Of a DNA stretch of 64,000 nt, positions 21,061-29,545 are shown one piece after another. The stretch is from NCBI GenBank assembly GCA_963745025.1, contig CAVUWD010000006.1, positions 192,001-256,000 of the forward strand, written 5' to 3'. Source of the DNA: an uncultured delta proteobacterium (GTDB lineage: Bacteria > Desulfobacterota > Binatia > JACPRU01). Below the pieces are notes generated by a model. That model was not told the origin of the DNA. It worked only from the letters and a program-made list of their open reading frames with translations, and searched no databases. Position numbers and translations under genes: made by a program. Numbering within the stretch: position 1 is the stretch's first letter; each line of letters starts with the position of its first letter.

Positions 21061-21742
21061 GATTGGGCGCAAGGTTCTCGAGACGAACGACCGGATTGCC
21101 GATCAGAACCGGAGGGTCTTCGACGTACTCGGCGCCTTCGTCGTGAACCTGATGAGCGCTCCGGGAAGCGGCAAGACGTCGCTCCTCGAGCGCACGCTCG
21201 CCGCCGTCGACGGCACCCTGCGCACCGCCGTGATCGAAGGCGACGTGCGCGGCTCGCTCGACGCCGATCGGCTGGCGCGCTTCGAGCTGCCGATCGTCCA
21301 GATCAACACGGACCCGCTCTTCGGCGGCGAGTGTCATCTCGACGCGCCGATGGTGCGTGATGCGCTCGAGCGGCTTCCCCGCGAGTGGTTCGACCTCGTC
21401 GTCATCGAGAACGTCGGCAACCTGGTCTGCCCGGCGGAGTTCCGCGTCGGGGAGGATCTCAAGGTGATGGTGCTCTCCGTCGCCGAAGGCGACGACAAGC
21501 CGCTCAAGTATCCCTTGATGTTCCAGGAGTCCGCGTTGCTGCTGCTCAACAAGATCGATCTCCTCCCTCACGTCGACTTCGACGTCGCGCGCTTTCGCGC
21601 CAACGCCGCGCGAGTCAATCCGCGCCTCGAGGTCATCGAGACCTCGGCGCGGACGGGAGAAGGCATCGATCGGTGGATCGACTGGCTTCGTGCTCGAGTC
21701 GGCGAAGCCGCGAGCGGGAGGCGCTCATGTGGCGAGACCTGA
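21050..21742 (+). CDS. hypB: Hydrogenase nickel incorporation GTPase HypB
   Basis: SAPGSGKT, ECHLDA, ENVGNLVCPAEF, EGDDKPLKYP, NKID. Confidence 0.95.
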   Translation: MEIEIGRKVLETNDRIADQNRRVFDVLGAFVVNLMSAPGSGKTSLLERTLAAVDGTLRTAVIEGDVRGSLDADRLARFELPIVQINTDPLFGGECHLDAPMVRDALERLPREWFDLVVIENVGNLVCPAEFRVGEDLKVMVLSVAEGDDKPLKYPLMFQESALLLLNKIDLLPHVDFDVARFRANAARVNPRLEVIETSARTGEGIDRWIDWLRARVGEAASGRRSCGET

Positions 21743-22890
21743 ACGGTTCGATCGTCCCTCGAGCGGCTGAGGCCGAGGACTGGGAGGGCTGGCCCGGCTC
21801 GCGCTGGCAGGAGCGTGGCGTCTCGCGCCGCGCCTTTCTGCGCTTCTGCGCTGCGATGACTGCGACGCTCGCCTTGCCCGAGCGCTACTTGATGCGCGTC
21901 GCGCACGCGCTCGAAGCGGTTCGCCGCCCCCCGCTCGTCTGGCTCGAGTTCCAGGATTGCGCCGGCTGCACGGAGTCGTTCCTGCGCGCGAGCCGACCCT
22001 CGGTGGGCGACATCGCGTTGGACATCCTCTCGGTCAATTACCACGAGACCATCATGGCGCCGTCGGGAAAGGCTGCCGAAAAATCGCTCCGCGACACGAT
22101 CGAACAAGAGAAGGGCAAGTACCTCGTGGTCGTCGAGGGATCGATTCCGACCAAGGAAGGTGGCGTCTACTGCACCATCGGCGGGCGCACCGCGCTCGAC
22201 ATCGCCCGCGAGGTATGCGGCCAAGCGGCCGCCACGATCACGGTCGGCGCCTGTGCCTTCTACGGCGGCTGGCCCTCGGCACGGCCGAACCCGACGGGCG
22301 CGGTCGGCGTCGCGCAGGCGGTTCCCGGCATCACGCTGATCAACCTACCGGGATGTCCCCCGAACGCGGTCAACATCACGGCGACGGTCGTCCACTACCT
22401 GACCTTCGGGGCACTGCCGGCGACGGATCAGCAGGGGCGACCGCTCTTCGCTTACGGAGAGCGGATCCACGACCGCTGCGAGCGTCGGGCGCATTTCGAC
22501 GCCGGCGAATTCGTCGAGGAGTGGGGCGACCAGGGGCACCGGCAGGGCTGGTGCCTCTACAAGATGGGCTGCAAGGGCCCGGAGACCTACCACAACTGCC
22601 CGACGGTGCGGTGGAACGACGGCACGAGCTGGCCGGTCGGCTCCGGACACGGCTGCGTGGGCTGCGCCGAGCAGTACTTCTGGGACACCATGTCGCCCTT
22701 CTACCGCCGGCTCCCGGAGGTCCCGGGTGCGGGGATACAGACCACGGCGAATCGAATCGGCGGGTGGATCGTCGGCGGCACGGCCGCTGCCTTCGCCGCC
22801 CACGGCGTGGCATCGGCCGTGCGGGCCAAGCTCGTTCCGCGCGCGCCGCAGCAGGATGCTGAGGAGCCCTCGACGAAAAGCGAATCGTGA
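21727..22890 (+). CDS. hyaA: Group 1 [NiFe]-hydrogenase small subunit with Tat signal and C-terminal membrane anchor
   Basis: SRRAFLRFC twin-arginine motif, QDCAGCTES, GACA..GG, PGCPPN, IHDRC, CLYKMGCKGP, NCP..WP..GHGCVGC, C-terminal TM helix. Confidence 0.95.
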   Translation: MWRDLNGSIVPRAAEAEDWEGWPGSRWQERGVSRRAFLRFCAAMTATLALPERYLMRVAHALEAVRRPPLVWLEFQDCAGCTESFLRASRPSVGDIALDILSVNYHETIMAPSGKAAEKSLRDTIEQEKGKYLVVVEGSIPTKEGGVYCTIGGRTALDIAREVCGQAAATITVGACAFYGGWPSARPNPTGAVGVAQAVPGITLINLPGCPPNAVNITATVVHYLTFGALPATDQQGRPLFAYGERIHDRCERRAHFDAGEFVEEWGDQGHRQGWCLYKMGCKGPETYHNCPTVRWNDGTSWPVGSGHGCVGCAEQYFWDTMSPFYRRLPEVPGAGIQTTANRIGGWIVGGTAAAFAAHGVASAVRAKLVPRAPQQDAEEPSTKSES

Positions 22891-22909
22891 CCCAGGAAGG
22901 AGTCCAATC

Positions 22910-24619
22910 ATGGCGAAGATCGCGATCGATCCGATCACCCGCATCGAGGGACATCTGCGCATCGAAGCCCAGGTCGAAGGCGGAAAGGTCGCCGACGCCT
23001 GGAGCTCGAGCACGATGTTCCGCGGCATGGAGCTCGTGCTGAAGGGGCGCGATCCGCGCGACGCTTGGCTCTTCGCGCAGCGCATTTGAGGCGTTTGAAC
23101 GACGGTTCACGCCAACTGCTCCGTGCGAGCAGTAGAAAACGCCCTCGGTATCGAGATTCCGGACAACGCCCGGATCATCCGCAATCTGATTGCGGGCATC
23201 CAGTACGTCCAGGACCATGTGGTCCACTTCTATCATCTGCACGCGCTCGACTGGGTCGATATCACGAGCGCGCTCCAGGCCGATCCTGCCGAGACCTCGA
23301 AGCTCGCGCAGTCGCTTTCGCCTTGGGCGAAATCGAGCGCGGTCTACTTCAAGAGCGTGAAGGACCGTCTCAAGAAGTTCGTCGATTCCGGCCAGCTCGG
23401 GCTCTTCGCCAACGGTTATTGGGGGCACCCGGCGTACAAACTGCCTCCCGCCGCGAATCTCATGGCGGTCGCTCATTACCTCGAAGCGCTGGACTGGCAG
23501 CGCGAGGTCATTCGCATTCACGCGATCCTCGGCTCGAAGAATCCCCACCCGCAGACCTATCTGGTGGGAGGCATGGCGATCCCACTCGACCCGAACAGCT
23601 CGGCGGCGCTGAACGCCGACAAGCTCGCCCTTCAACGCCAGCTCCTGGTGCAGGCGAAGCAGTTCGTCGATGAGGTCTACGTGCCCGACCTCCTCGCCGT
23701 CGCCTCGTTCTACAAGGAATGGGCGGGGATCGGTGCGGGGATCGGCAACTACCTCGCCTGCGGCGACTTTCCCCTTGATTCGAGCGGCGATCCGTCGCGG
23801 CTGTGGCAGCCCGCGGGAGTGATCCGGAACCGCGACCTCGCCAAGATCCATCCCTTCGAGCACCAGAAGGTGACGGAGTACGTGACACACTCCTGGTACG
23901 AATACTCAGGCAGCGACGGCGCTTCGAAGCACCCGTGGGACGGCGAGACGAATCCTCGCTACAGCGGCCCCAAGCCGCCCTACGAGTTCCTCGACACCGA
24001 CGGCAAGTACTCTTGGCTCAAGGCGCCGCGCTACGAGGACGAGCCCATGGAGGTGGGGCCTCTCGCGCGCATGCTCGTCGCTTACGCTTCGGGGCACGGA
24101 GCGGTCAAGACGGCGGTAACCGGCGTCCTCGCTCATCTCGGCGTGGGCCCCGAGGCGCTTTTCTCCACCCTCGGACGAATCGCGGCTCGCGGCATCGAGA
24201 CCCAGGTGACCGCGGCCGCGCTTCTCGACTGGCACGATCAGCTCGTCGCCAACATCCGGCGAGGCGATCTGCGCATCCACAACGGTGCGAAGTGGGATCC
24301 ATCTCGCTGGCCTCCCGAAGCGCGCGGCTTCGGCTTCCACGAGGCGCCGCGCGGTGCGCTCGGTCACTGGGTGCGGATCGAAAAGGGTGCGGTGTCGAAC
24401 TACCAGTGCGTGGTGCCGAGCACCTGGAACGCCTCGCCGCGCGATGCCAAGGGAAAGCGCGGTCCCTACGAGGCGGCGCTGCTCGAGACGCCGGTCGCGG
24501 ACCCGGAGAAGCCTGTCGAGATCCTACGCACCGTCCACTCCTTCGATCCCTGCATGGCGTGCGCCGTTCACGTGAGCGGAGTCGGGCGCCGGCCAATCAC
24601 GCGGATCCAGGTGGCGTAG
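22910..24619 (+). CDS. hyaB: Group 1 hydrogenase large subunit (569 aa) with two in-frame TGA codons at the N-terminal CxxC, predicted Sec60 and Sec63
   Basis: ATG after AGGAAGGAG. DPITRIEGH..MFRGME..QRI-TGA(23087)-GV-TGA(23096)-TTVH continues in frame into ORF 23123..24619 (HFYHLHALDW, EAPRGALGHW, VVPSTWN, SFDPCMACAVH plus a 15-aa cleavable tail). Confidence 0.92.
23090..23113 (+). promoter_or_regulatory. Stem-loop 1, directly after the first TGA (candidate SECIS; encloses the second TGA)
   Basis: GGCG-tt-TGAAC-[GACG]-GTTCA-CGCC, 9 bp with a 2-nt bulge. Confidence 0.55.
23115..23133 (+). promoter_or_regulatory. Stem-loop 2, putative SECIS for the hydrogenase UGA codons
   Basis: Perfect 7-bp stem ACTGCTC-[CGTGC]-GAGCAGT starting 17 nt after the second TGA. 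The loop is nearly identical to the redoxin hairpin loop (CGTGT). Confidence 0.72.
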
Positions 24620-24621
24620 TC

Positions 24622-25308
24622 ATGACGGACACGACACAAACGACGGCCCCGACAGTCCCGGTGGCTCCCTACCGGCAAGTCTACGTATGGGAGTTCCCGG
24701 TGCGTCTCACGCACTGGGTGAATTTCGCGGCGATCGGCGTACTCTCGGTGACCGGCTTCTACATCGGCCACCCATTTCTAGCCGGCGGCGGCTCGCTCAT
24801 GAGCTGGATGAGCGCCGTTCACCGCCTGGCCGGGTACGCGCTCGTCGCGAGCCTCCTCCTCCGCGTTTATTGGGCCTTCGCCGGGAACCAGTGGGCGTCC
24901 TGGCGGGCGCTATTCCCATGGCTCACGCCCGATGGGCGAGCAGCGATGCGGCAGACCTTCCTCTATTACACCTTCGTGCGGCGCGAGCCGCCGCGCGAGG
25001 TCGGTCACAACCCTCTCGCCGGCATGGCGTACTCGGCGGTCGTGGCGCTCCTCGCGGCGGAGGTGGCGAGCGGGTTTGCCCTCTATTCGATGGGGCGGGG
25101 CGGGGGCTGGACGATCGCCTTCGGCTGGGTCTTCTGGATCGCCAGTCCGCAGATCGTGCGCCTCGCGCATCATCTCATCATGTGGCTGCTCCTGGGCTTC
25201 GCGGTCCACCACGTCTACAGCTGTGTGCTGTTGGAGGTGGAAGAGCGAAACGGCCTCGTCACCAGTATCTTCTCGGGTTACAAGCTCGTCCGCAGGAGCG
25301 TGCACTGA
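24622..25308 (+). CDS. hyaC: Ni/Fe-hydrogenase b-type cytochrome subunit
   Basis: VYVWEFPVRLTHW, GHNPLA, RLAHHLIMW, VHHVY, SIFSGYK. Confidence 0.93.
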   Translation: MTDTTQTTAPTVPVAPYRQVYVWEFPVRLTHWVNFAAIGVLSVTGFYIGHPFLAGGGSLMSWMSAVHRLAGYALVASLLLRVYWAFAGNQWASWRALFPWLTPDGRAAMRQTFLYYTFVRREPPREVGHNPLAGMAYSAVVALLAAEVASGFALYSMGRGGGWTIAFGWVFWIASPQIVRLAHHLIMWLLLGFAVHHVYSCVLLEVEERNGLVTSIFSGYKLVRRSVH

Positions 25309-25838
25309 AGACGTTGGTGCTCGGGTGCGGCAACGTTTTGCTCGGCGACGACGGGGCCGGCGTGTGGGTGATCGAGCAACTGCGGTGCGCCTACGTGTTT
25401 CCGGCGAACGTGTCGCTCGTCGAAGCGGGAACGCTCGGCCTCGATCTCCTCGCGGAGTTCGATGGCGTAGAGCGTCTGTTGGTCGTGGACGCGGTCGCCG
25501 CCGGCCGCGCGCCCGGAGACCTCGTCCGCCTGGAGGGAGACCAGGTGCCCTCGGTGCTCGAGCTCAAGACATCGCCTCACCAGGTGGGGCTCGCGGATCT
25601 CTTGGCCGGGGCCAAGCTCCTCGCCCGCTGGCCGCGCCAAGTCGTGCTCTGGGGCGTCGAGCCGGCGCTTCTCGATCCGGGAACGAGGTTCTCGCCCGAG
25701 GTCCAGCGCATGCTGCCGTCCCTGGAGGCGGCGGTACTCGACGAGCTCGCCCGCTGGGGGATCGAGGTCATGCCTCTCGAGGATGCACCGCCGCCGGCTC
25801 TGTGGTGGCTTCCGCCGACGACGGAGGGGGCGCGGTGA
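25305..25838 (+). CDS. hyaD: Hydrogenase maturation protease
   Basis: LVLGCGNVLLGDDGAG, EAGTLG, LVVDAV, SPHQVG. Probable CTG start overlapping the cyt b stop (CTGA) with AGGAG 6 nt upstream; alternative TTG at 25314. Confidence 0.88.
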   Translation: MKTLVLGCGNVLLGDDGAGVWVIEQLRCAYVFPANVSLVEAGTLGLDLLAEFDGVERLLVVDAVAAGRAPGDLVRLEGDQVPSVLELKTSPHQVGLADLLAGAKLLARWPRQVVLWGVEPALLDPGTRFSPEVQRMLPSLEAAVLDELARWGIEVMPLEDAPPPALWWLPPTTEGAR

Positions 25839-28114
25839 GCCAGCCGACCGCATGCCGCGTCTTGGTCGAGGGCATCGTCCAGGGAGTCGGATTCCGCCCC
25901 TTCGTGCATGCGATCGCGCGCCAGTACCAGCTGGCCGGCCGCGTGCGCAACACGAGCCACGGAGTGGAGATCGAGGTCGAGGGAGAGCGCGAGGAGATCG
26001 GTGAGTTCGTCGCAGCGCTGCGCGATCGCCCGCCGCCGCTCGCGCGCATCGAGCGGATCGAAGCGCAGGAGATCGTGCCCTCCGGGGTCGAGGGCTTTCG
26101 CATCGATCCCTCGGCCGACGGCGATGGCTTCCTTCCGATCTCGGCTGACATCGCGACTTGCGAGGAGTGCCTGCGGGAGGTCGAGGACGTCTCCGATCGC
26201 CGCTTCGGCTACGCCTTCACGAACTGCACGAGCTGCGGGCCGCGCTTCACGATCCTCCGCTCGGTTCCCTACGACCGGCCGAACACGACGATGGCCGAGT
26301 TCGCGATGTGCTCCGCGTGCCGCGCGGAGTACGAGGATCCAACCGACCGCCGTTTCCACGCGGAGCCCATCGCCTGCCCGCAGTGCGGGCCTTCGCTGGC
26401 CCTGCTCGACGCCACCGGACGCACACTGCCGGGTGACCCGCTGACCGGGATCCGCCGCGCGCTCGCGGACGGGCGTATCGTCGCGATCAAGGGAATCGGC
26501 GGTTTCCATCTCGCTTGCGACGCGCGGCAGGAGATGGCGGTGCGGCGACTGCGCCGCCGCAAGGTGCGCGAGGGCAAGCCGTTCGCCCTGATGGCGGCGG
26601 ACCTCGCCGAGGCCGAGCGACTCTGCTTCACCTCTGCGCGGGAGCGGCGCCTCCTCGAGTCGCGTGCGCGGCCGATCGTGGTTCTACGCGAGCGACCCGA
26701 TTCGGGGATCGCCGCCTCGGTCGCCCGGCCGCTTTGCCATCTCGGCGTCATGCTGCCCTACTCGCCGCTCCATCCTCTGCTCTTCTCCGACGCCGCCTGT
26801 CCGCGCGCGCTCGTGCTCACCAGCGGGAACCGCTGCGGCGAGCCGCTCGCTCGCGACAACGGCGAAGCGCTCGGGCGGCTCGGCGGAATTGCCGACCTCT
26901 TTCTCGTCCACGACCGCTCGATCGAGGTGCGCTGCGACGATTCGGTCGTCCGCGTGGTGGGCGGAGAGGAGCTGCCGATCCGACGCTCGCGCGGCTACGC
27001 CCCGTATCCAGTCCGTCTACCCCTCGAATCGCCGCCGCTGCTCGCGTGCGGGGCCGACCTGAAGAGCACGGTGTGCGTCGCGCGCGGCCGCCACGCGTTC
27101 CTCTCACCACATGTCGGTGACCTCGAGGACGCGGAGACCTGGCGGTCGTACGCGCGGATGGCAGCGCACATGGAATCCATCTTCCGCGTGCGGCCCGAGG
27201 CAATCGTCCACGACGCTCACCCGGACTACTTCTCGACCCGCTACGCCCTCGGGCGCGATCGGTCGCTGCCGCATCTCGCCGTGCAGCACCACCACGCCCA
27301 CGTGGTCTCCTGCATGATCGAGAGCGAGCTGGCGGGAAGCGTGATCGGCGTCGCTTTCGACGGCACGGGTTACGGCGCCGACGGGGCGATCTGGGGCGGC
27401 GAGTTCCTGGTGGCGGACTACGCGTCTTTCGAACGTGGCGGCCACCTCGCTTACGTGCCGATGCCGGGAGCTGCCCGGGCCGTCCATGAGCCCTTCCGCA
27501 TGGCACTGGCGCACCTGATCGCGGGATGCGGTTCCACGCGGGGCATCGCCGCGGCTGCGGTCGGGGCGACGGAGGCGGAGATCGCCGCCGTCCAGTGGCA
27601 GATCGCTCACGCCGTGAATGCGCCGCTCACCTCGAGCATCGGGCGGCTCTTCGACGCGGTCGCCTCGCTCGCCGGCATCCGTCACCGTGCGCTGTACGAG
27701 GGTCAGGCGGCGATGGAGCTCGAGGCTTGCGCCGCCCGCGGAGAGACGGGGTCGTATCCGTTCCCGATCACCGGCGAGCGGCCGACGGTCGCCGATCCCG
27801 GCCCGCTCGTCGCCGCGGTCGTGGAGGAGATCGCACGGGGGATCGCGCCGTCGATCGTGAGCGCCCGCTTCCACAACTCGGTGGCGCGGATGGTCGTCGA
27901 GATGTGCGAGCGGATCCGCGCCGCGACCGGTCTCTCCCGCGTGGTCTTGACCGGAGGAGTATTCCAGAACGCGACGCTGCTCGAGCAAGCCGTCGAGCGG
28001 CTCGCGGCGCGCGGCTTCGCGGCGCACCGCCACCGCAAGGTGCCCCCGAACGACGGCGGCATCGCGCTCGGTCAAGCGGCGATCGCCGCCGCGCGCCTGA
28101 CGGAGGACCGCTGA
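25835..28114 (+). CDS. hypF: Carbamoyltransferase HypF
   Basis: GIVQGVGFRPF acylphosphatase domain, zinc-finger CxxC pairs, KGIGGFHLACDA, QHHHAH, PNDGGIALGQ. Confidence 0.95.
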   Translation: MSQPTACRVLVEGIVQGVGFRPFVHAIARQYQLAGRVRNTSHGVEIEVEGEREEIGEFVAALRDRPPPLARIERIEAQEIVPSGVEGFRIDPSADGDGFLPISADIATCEECLREVEDVSDRRFGYAFTNCTSCGPRFTILRSVPYDRPNTTMAEFAMCSACRAEYEDPTDRRFHAEPIACPQCGPSLALLDATGRTLPGDPLTGIRRALADGRIVAIKGIGGFHLACDARQEMAVRRLRRRKVREGKPFALMAADLAEAERLCFTSARERRLLESRARPIVVLRERPDSGIAASVARPLCHLGVMLPYSPLHPLLFSDAACPRALVLTSGNRCGEPLARDNGEALGRLGGIADLFLVHDRSIEVRCDDSVVRVVGGEELPIRRSRGYAPYPVRLPLESPPLLACGADLKSTVCVARGRHAFLSPHVGDLEDAETWRSYARMAAHMESIFRVRPEAIVHDAHPDYFSTRYALGRDRSLPHLAVQHHHAHVVSCMIESELAGSVIGVAFDGTGYGADGAIWGGEFLVADYASFERGGHLAYVPMPGAARAVHEPFRMALAHLIAGCGSTRGIAAAAVGATEAEIAAVQWQIAHAVNAPLTSSIGRLFDAVASLAGIRHRALYEGQAAMELEACAARGETGSYPFPITGERPTVADPGPLVAAVVEEIARGIAPSIVSARFHNSVARMVVEMCERIRAATGLSRVVLTGGVFQNATLLEQAVERLAARGFAAHRHRKVPPNDGGIALGQAAIAAARLTEDR

Positions 28115-28116
28115 CC

Positions 28117-28419
28117 GTGTGCCTCGGTGTTCCCGGCAAGGTGCTCGAGGTCCAGGGAAACGTTGCCGTCGTGGATTTCTTCGGCCTGCGTCGGCCGGTA
28201 CTGCTCGACGTCGTCGACGAGCCGGTGGCTCCGGGCGACTTCGTGCTCAATCACGTGGGCTACGCCATCCGCCGGATCCCGCCCGACCAGGCGCAGGCGA
28301 CGCTCGCGTTCTACCAGCAGTTGCTCGGCGAGGCGGCCGAGGACGCGATGGCCGCCGACGTTCGTGGAGAGATCACAGGCACCGGCGAGCCAAAGGGACC
28401 CGACGATGGATCCGACTGA
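28117..28419 (+). CDS. hypC: Hydrogenase assembly chaperone HypC
   Basis: (M)CLGVPGKV N-terminus and GDFVLNHVGYAI. Confidence 0.92.
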   Translation: MCLGVPGKVLEVQGNVAVVDFFGLRRPVLLDVVDEPVAPGDFVLNHVGYAIRRIPPDQAQATLAFYQQLLGEAAEDAMAADVRGEITGTGEPKGPDDGSD

Positions 28420-29545
28420 GCAGGCGCGTCGCGAACTGAAGTTCCGCGATCCCGGGAAAGGTCGCGCGCTCGCCGCAACGCTCGCCCGCGTGGTCGCCGA
28501 CCTCGGGCGGGCTCCGGTTTCGGTCATGCACGTCTGCGGTAGCCACGAGCAGGCAATTGCGAAGTTCGGATTGCGCGCCACCTTTCCGAAGGGGCTCGAC
28601 GTGATCATGGGGCCGGGCTGCCCGGTGTGCGTGACCGACGTTCCGGAGGTGGACGAGGCGGTGGCGCTGGCGGAGCAGGGAGTGCGCGTCGCCACCTACG
28701 GCGACATGCTGCGGGTACCCGGGAGCGCCGCCTCGCTCGCCGACGCCCAGGCGGAAGGCGCGAGCATCGACGTCGTCTATGGCGCGGCGCAGGCGGTCGA
28801 GGTCGCGCGTCGCACCGAGGACGAGGTGGTATTCTTCGCCTCCGGCTTCGAGACGACGGCGGTGGCGACCGCGGCCGTGCTGCTCGGCCATCCGCCCACG
28901 AACTTCTCGGTGCTGTCGGCGCACAAGTACATTCCCCCGGTCATGGAGATCGTTGCCGAGATGCCCGGGACGCGCATCGAGGGGTTCCTCGCCGCCGGCC
29001 ATGCCGCAACCATCACCGGCTGGGGGGTCTTCGAGCCCTTCGTCGAGCGCCACGGGATCCCGGTGGTCGTGGCCGGGTTCGAGCCGCTCGACATCCTGGC
29101 GGGGCTCGTGAAGCTGGTCGATCTCATCGCCGAAGGTCGGCCGCGCGTCGAGAACATGTATCCGCGCTGCGTGACGCGAGAGGGGAATCGGAACGCCCAG
29201 GAGCGACTCTGGCGGGTCTTTCGGCCGACCGGGGGATGCTGGCGGGGGATCGCCCACGTCCCCAACGGGAACCTGAGACTCCGCGACGAGTTCGCCGAGT
29301 TCGATGCGCGCCGCCGCTTCATGATCGACCTCCGCGGCGTCCGGATGCGCGCTCCGCGAGCGCTCGTCGACCAGTGCCGCTGCGGCGAGATCATGTCCGG
29401 CACCGCCTCGCCACGCGATTGCCGACTCTTCGGGAGAGAATGCGTGCCTGAGACGCCCGTCGGCGCGTGCATGGTGAGCAGCGAAGGCACGTGCAAGATC
29501 TGGCACCTGTACGGCGGCCACCCGGATCTCGGGAGCCGGGCATGA
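28406..29545 (+). CDS. hypD: Hydrogenase formation protein HypD
   Basis: MHVCGSHE, GPGCPVCVT, GFETT, PVGACMVSSEGTC. Confidence 0.95.
   Translation: MDPTEQARRELKFRDPGKGRALAATLARVVADLGRAPVSVMHVCGSHEQAIAKFGLRATFPKGLDVIMGPGCPVCVTDVPEVDEAVALAEQGVRVATYGDMLRVPGSAASLADAQAEGASIDVVYGAAQAVEVARRTEDEVVFFASGFETTAVATAAVLLGHPPTNFSVLSAHKYIPPVMEIVAEMPGTRIEGFLAAGHAATITGWGVFEPFVERHGIPVVVAGFEPLDILAGLVKLVDLIAEGRPRVENMYPRCVTREGNRNAQERLWRVFRPTGGCWRGIAHVPNGNLRLRDEFAEFDARRRFMIDLRGVRMRAPRALVDQCRCGEIMSGTASPRDCRLFGRECVPETPVGACMVSSEGTCKIWHLYGGHPDLGSRA

Noticed and set aside
23087-23098. Large subunit as a nonsense pseudogene, or genome-wide UGA reassignment to Trp/Gly
   Set aside because: Two independent stops landing exactly on both ligand Cys codons, with adjacent hairpins and an intact operon, is unlikely as decay. 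TGA is the ordinary stop of many genes here (e.g. hypE directly after PRIC), so the code is not globally reassigned.
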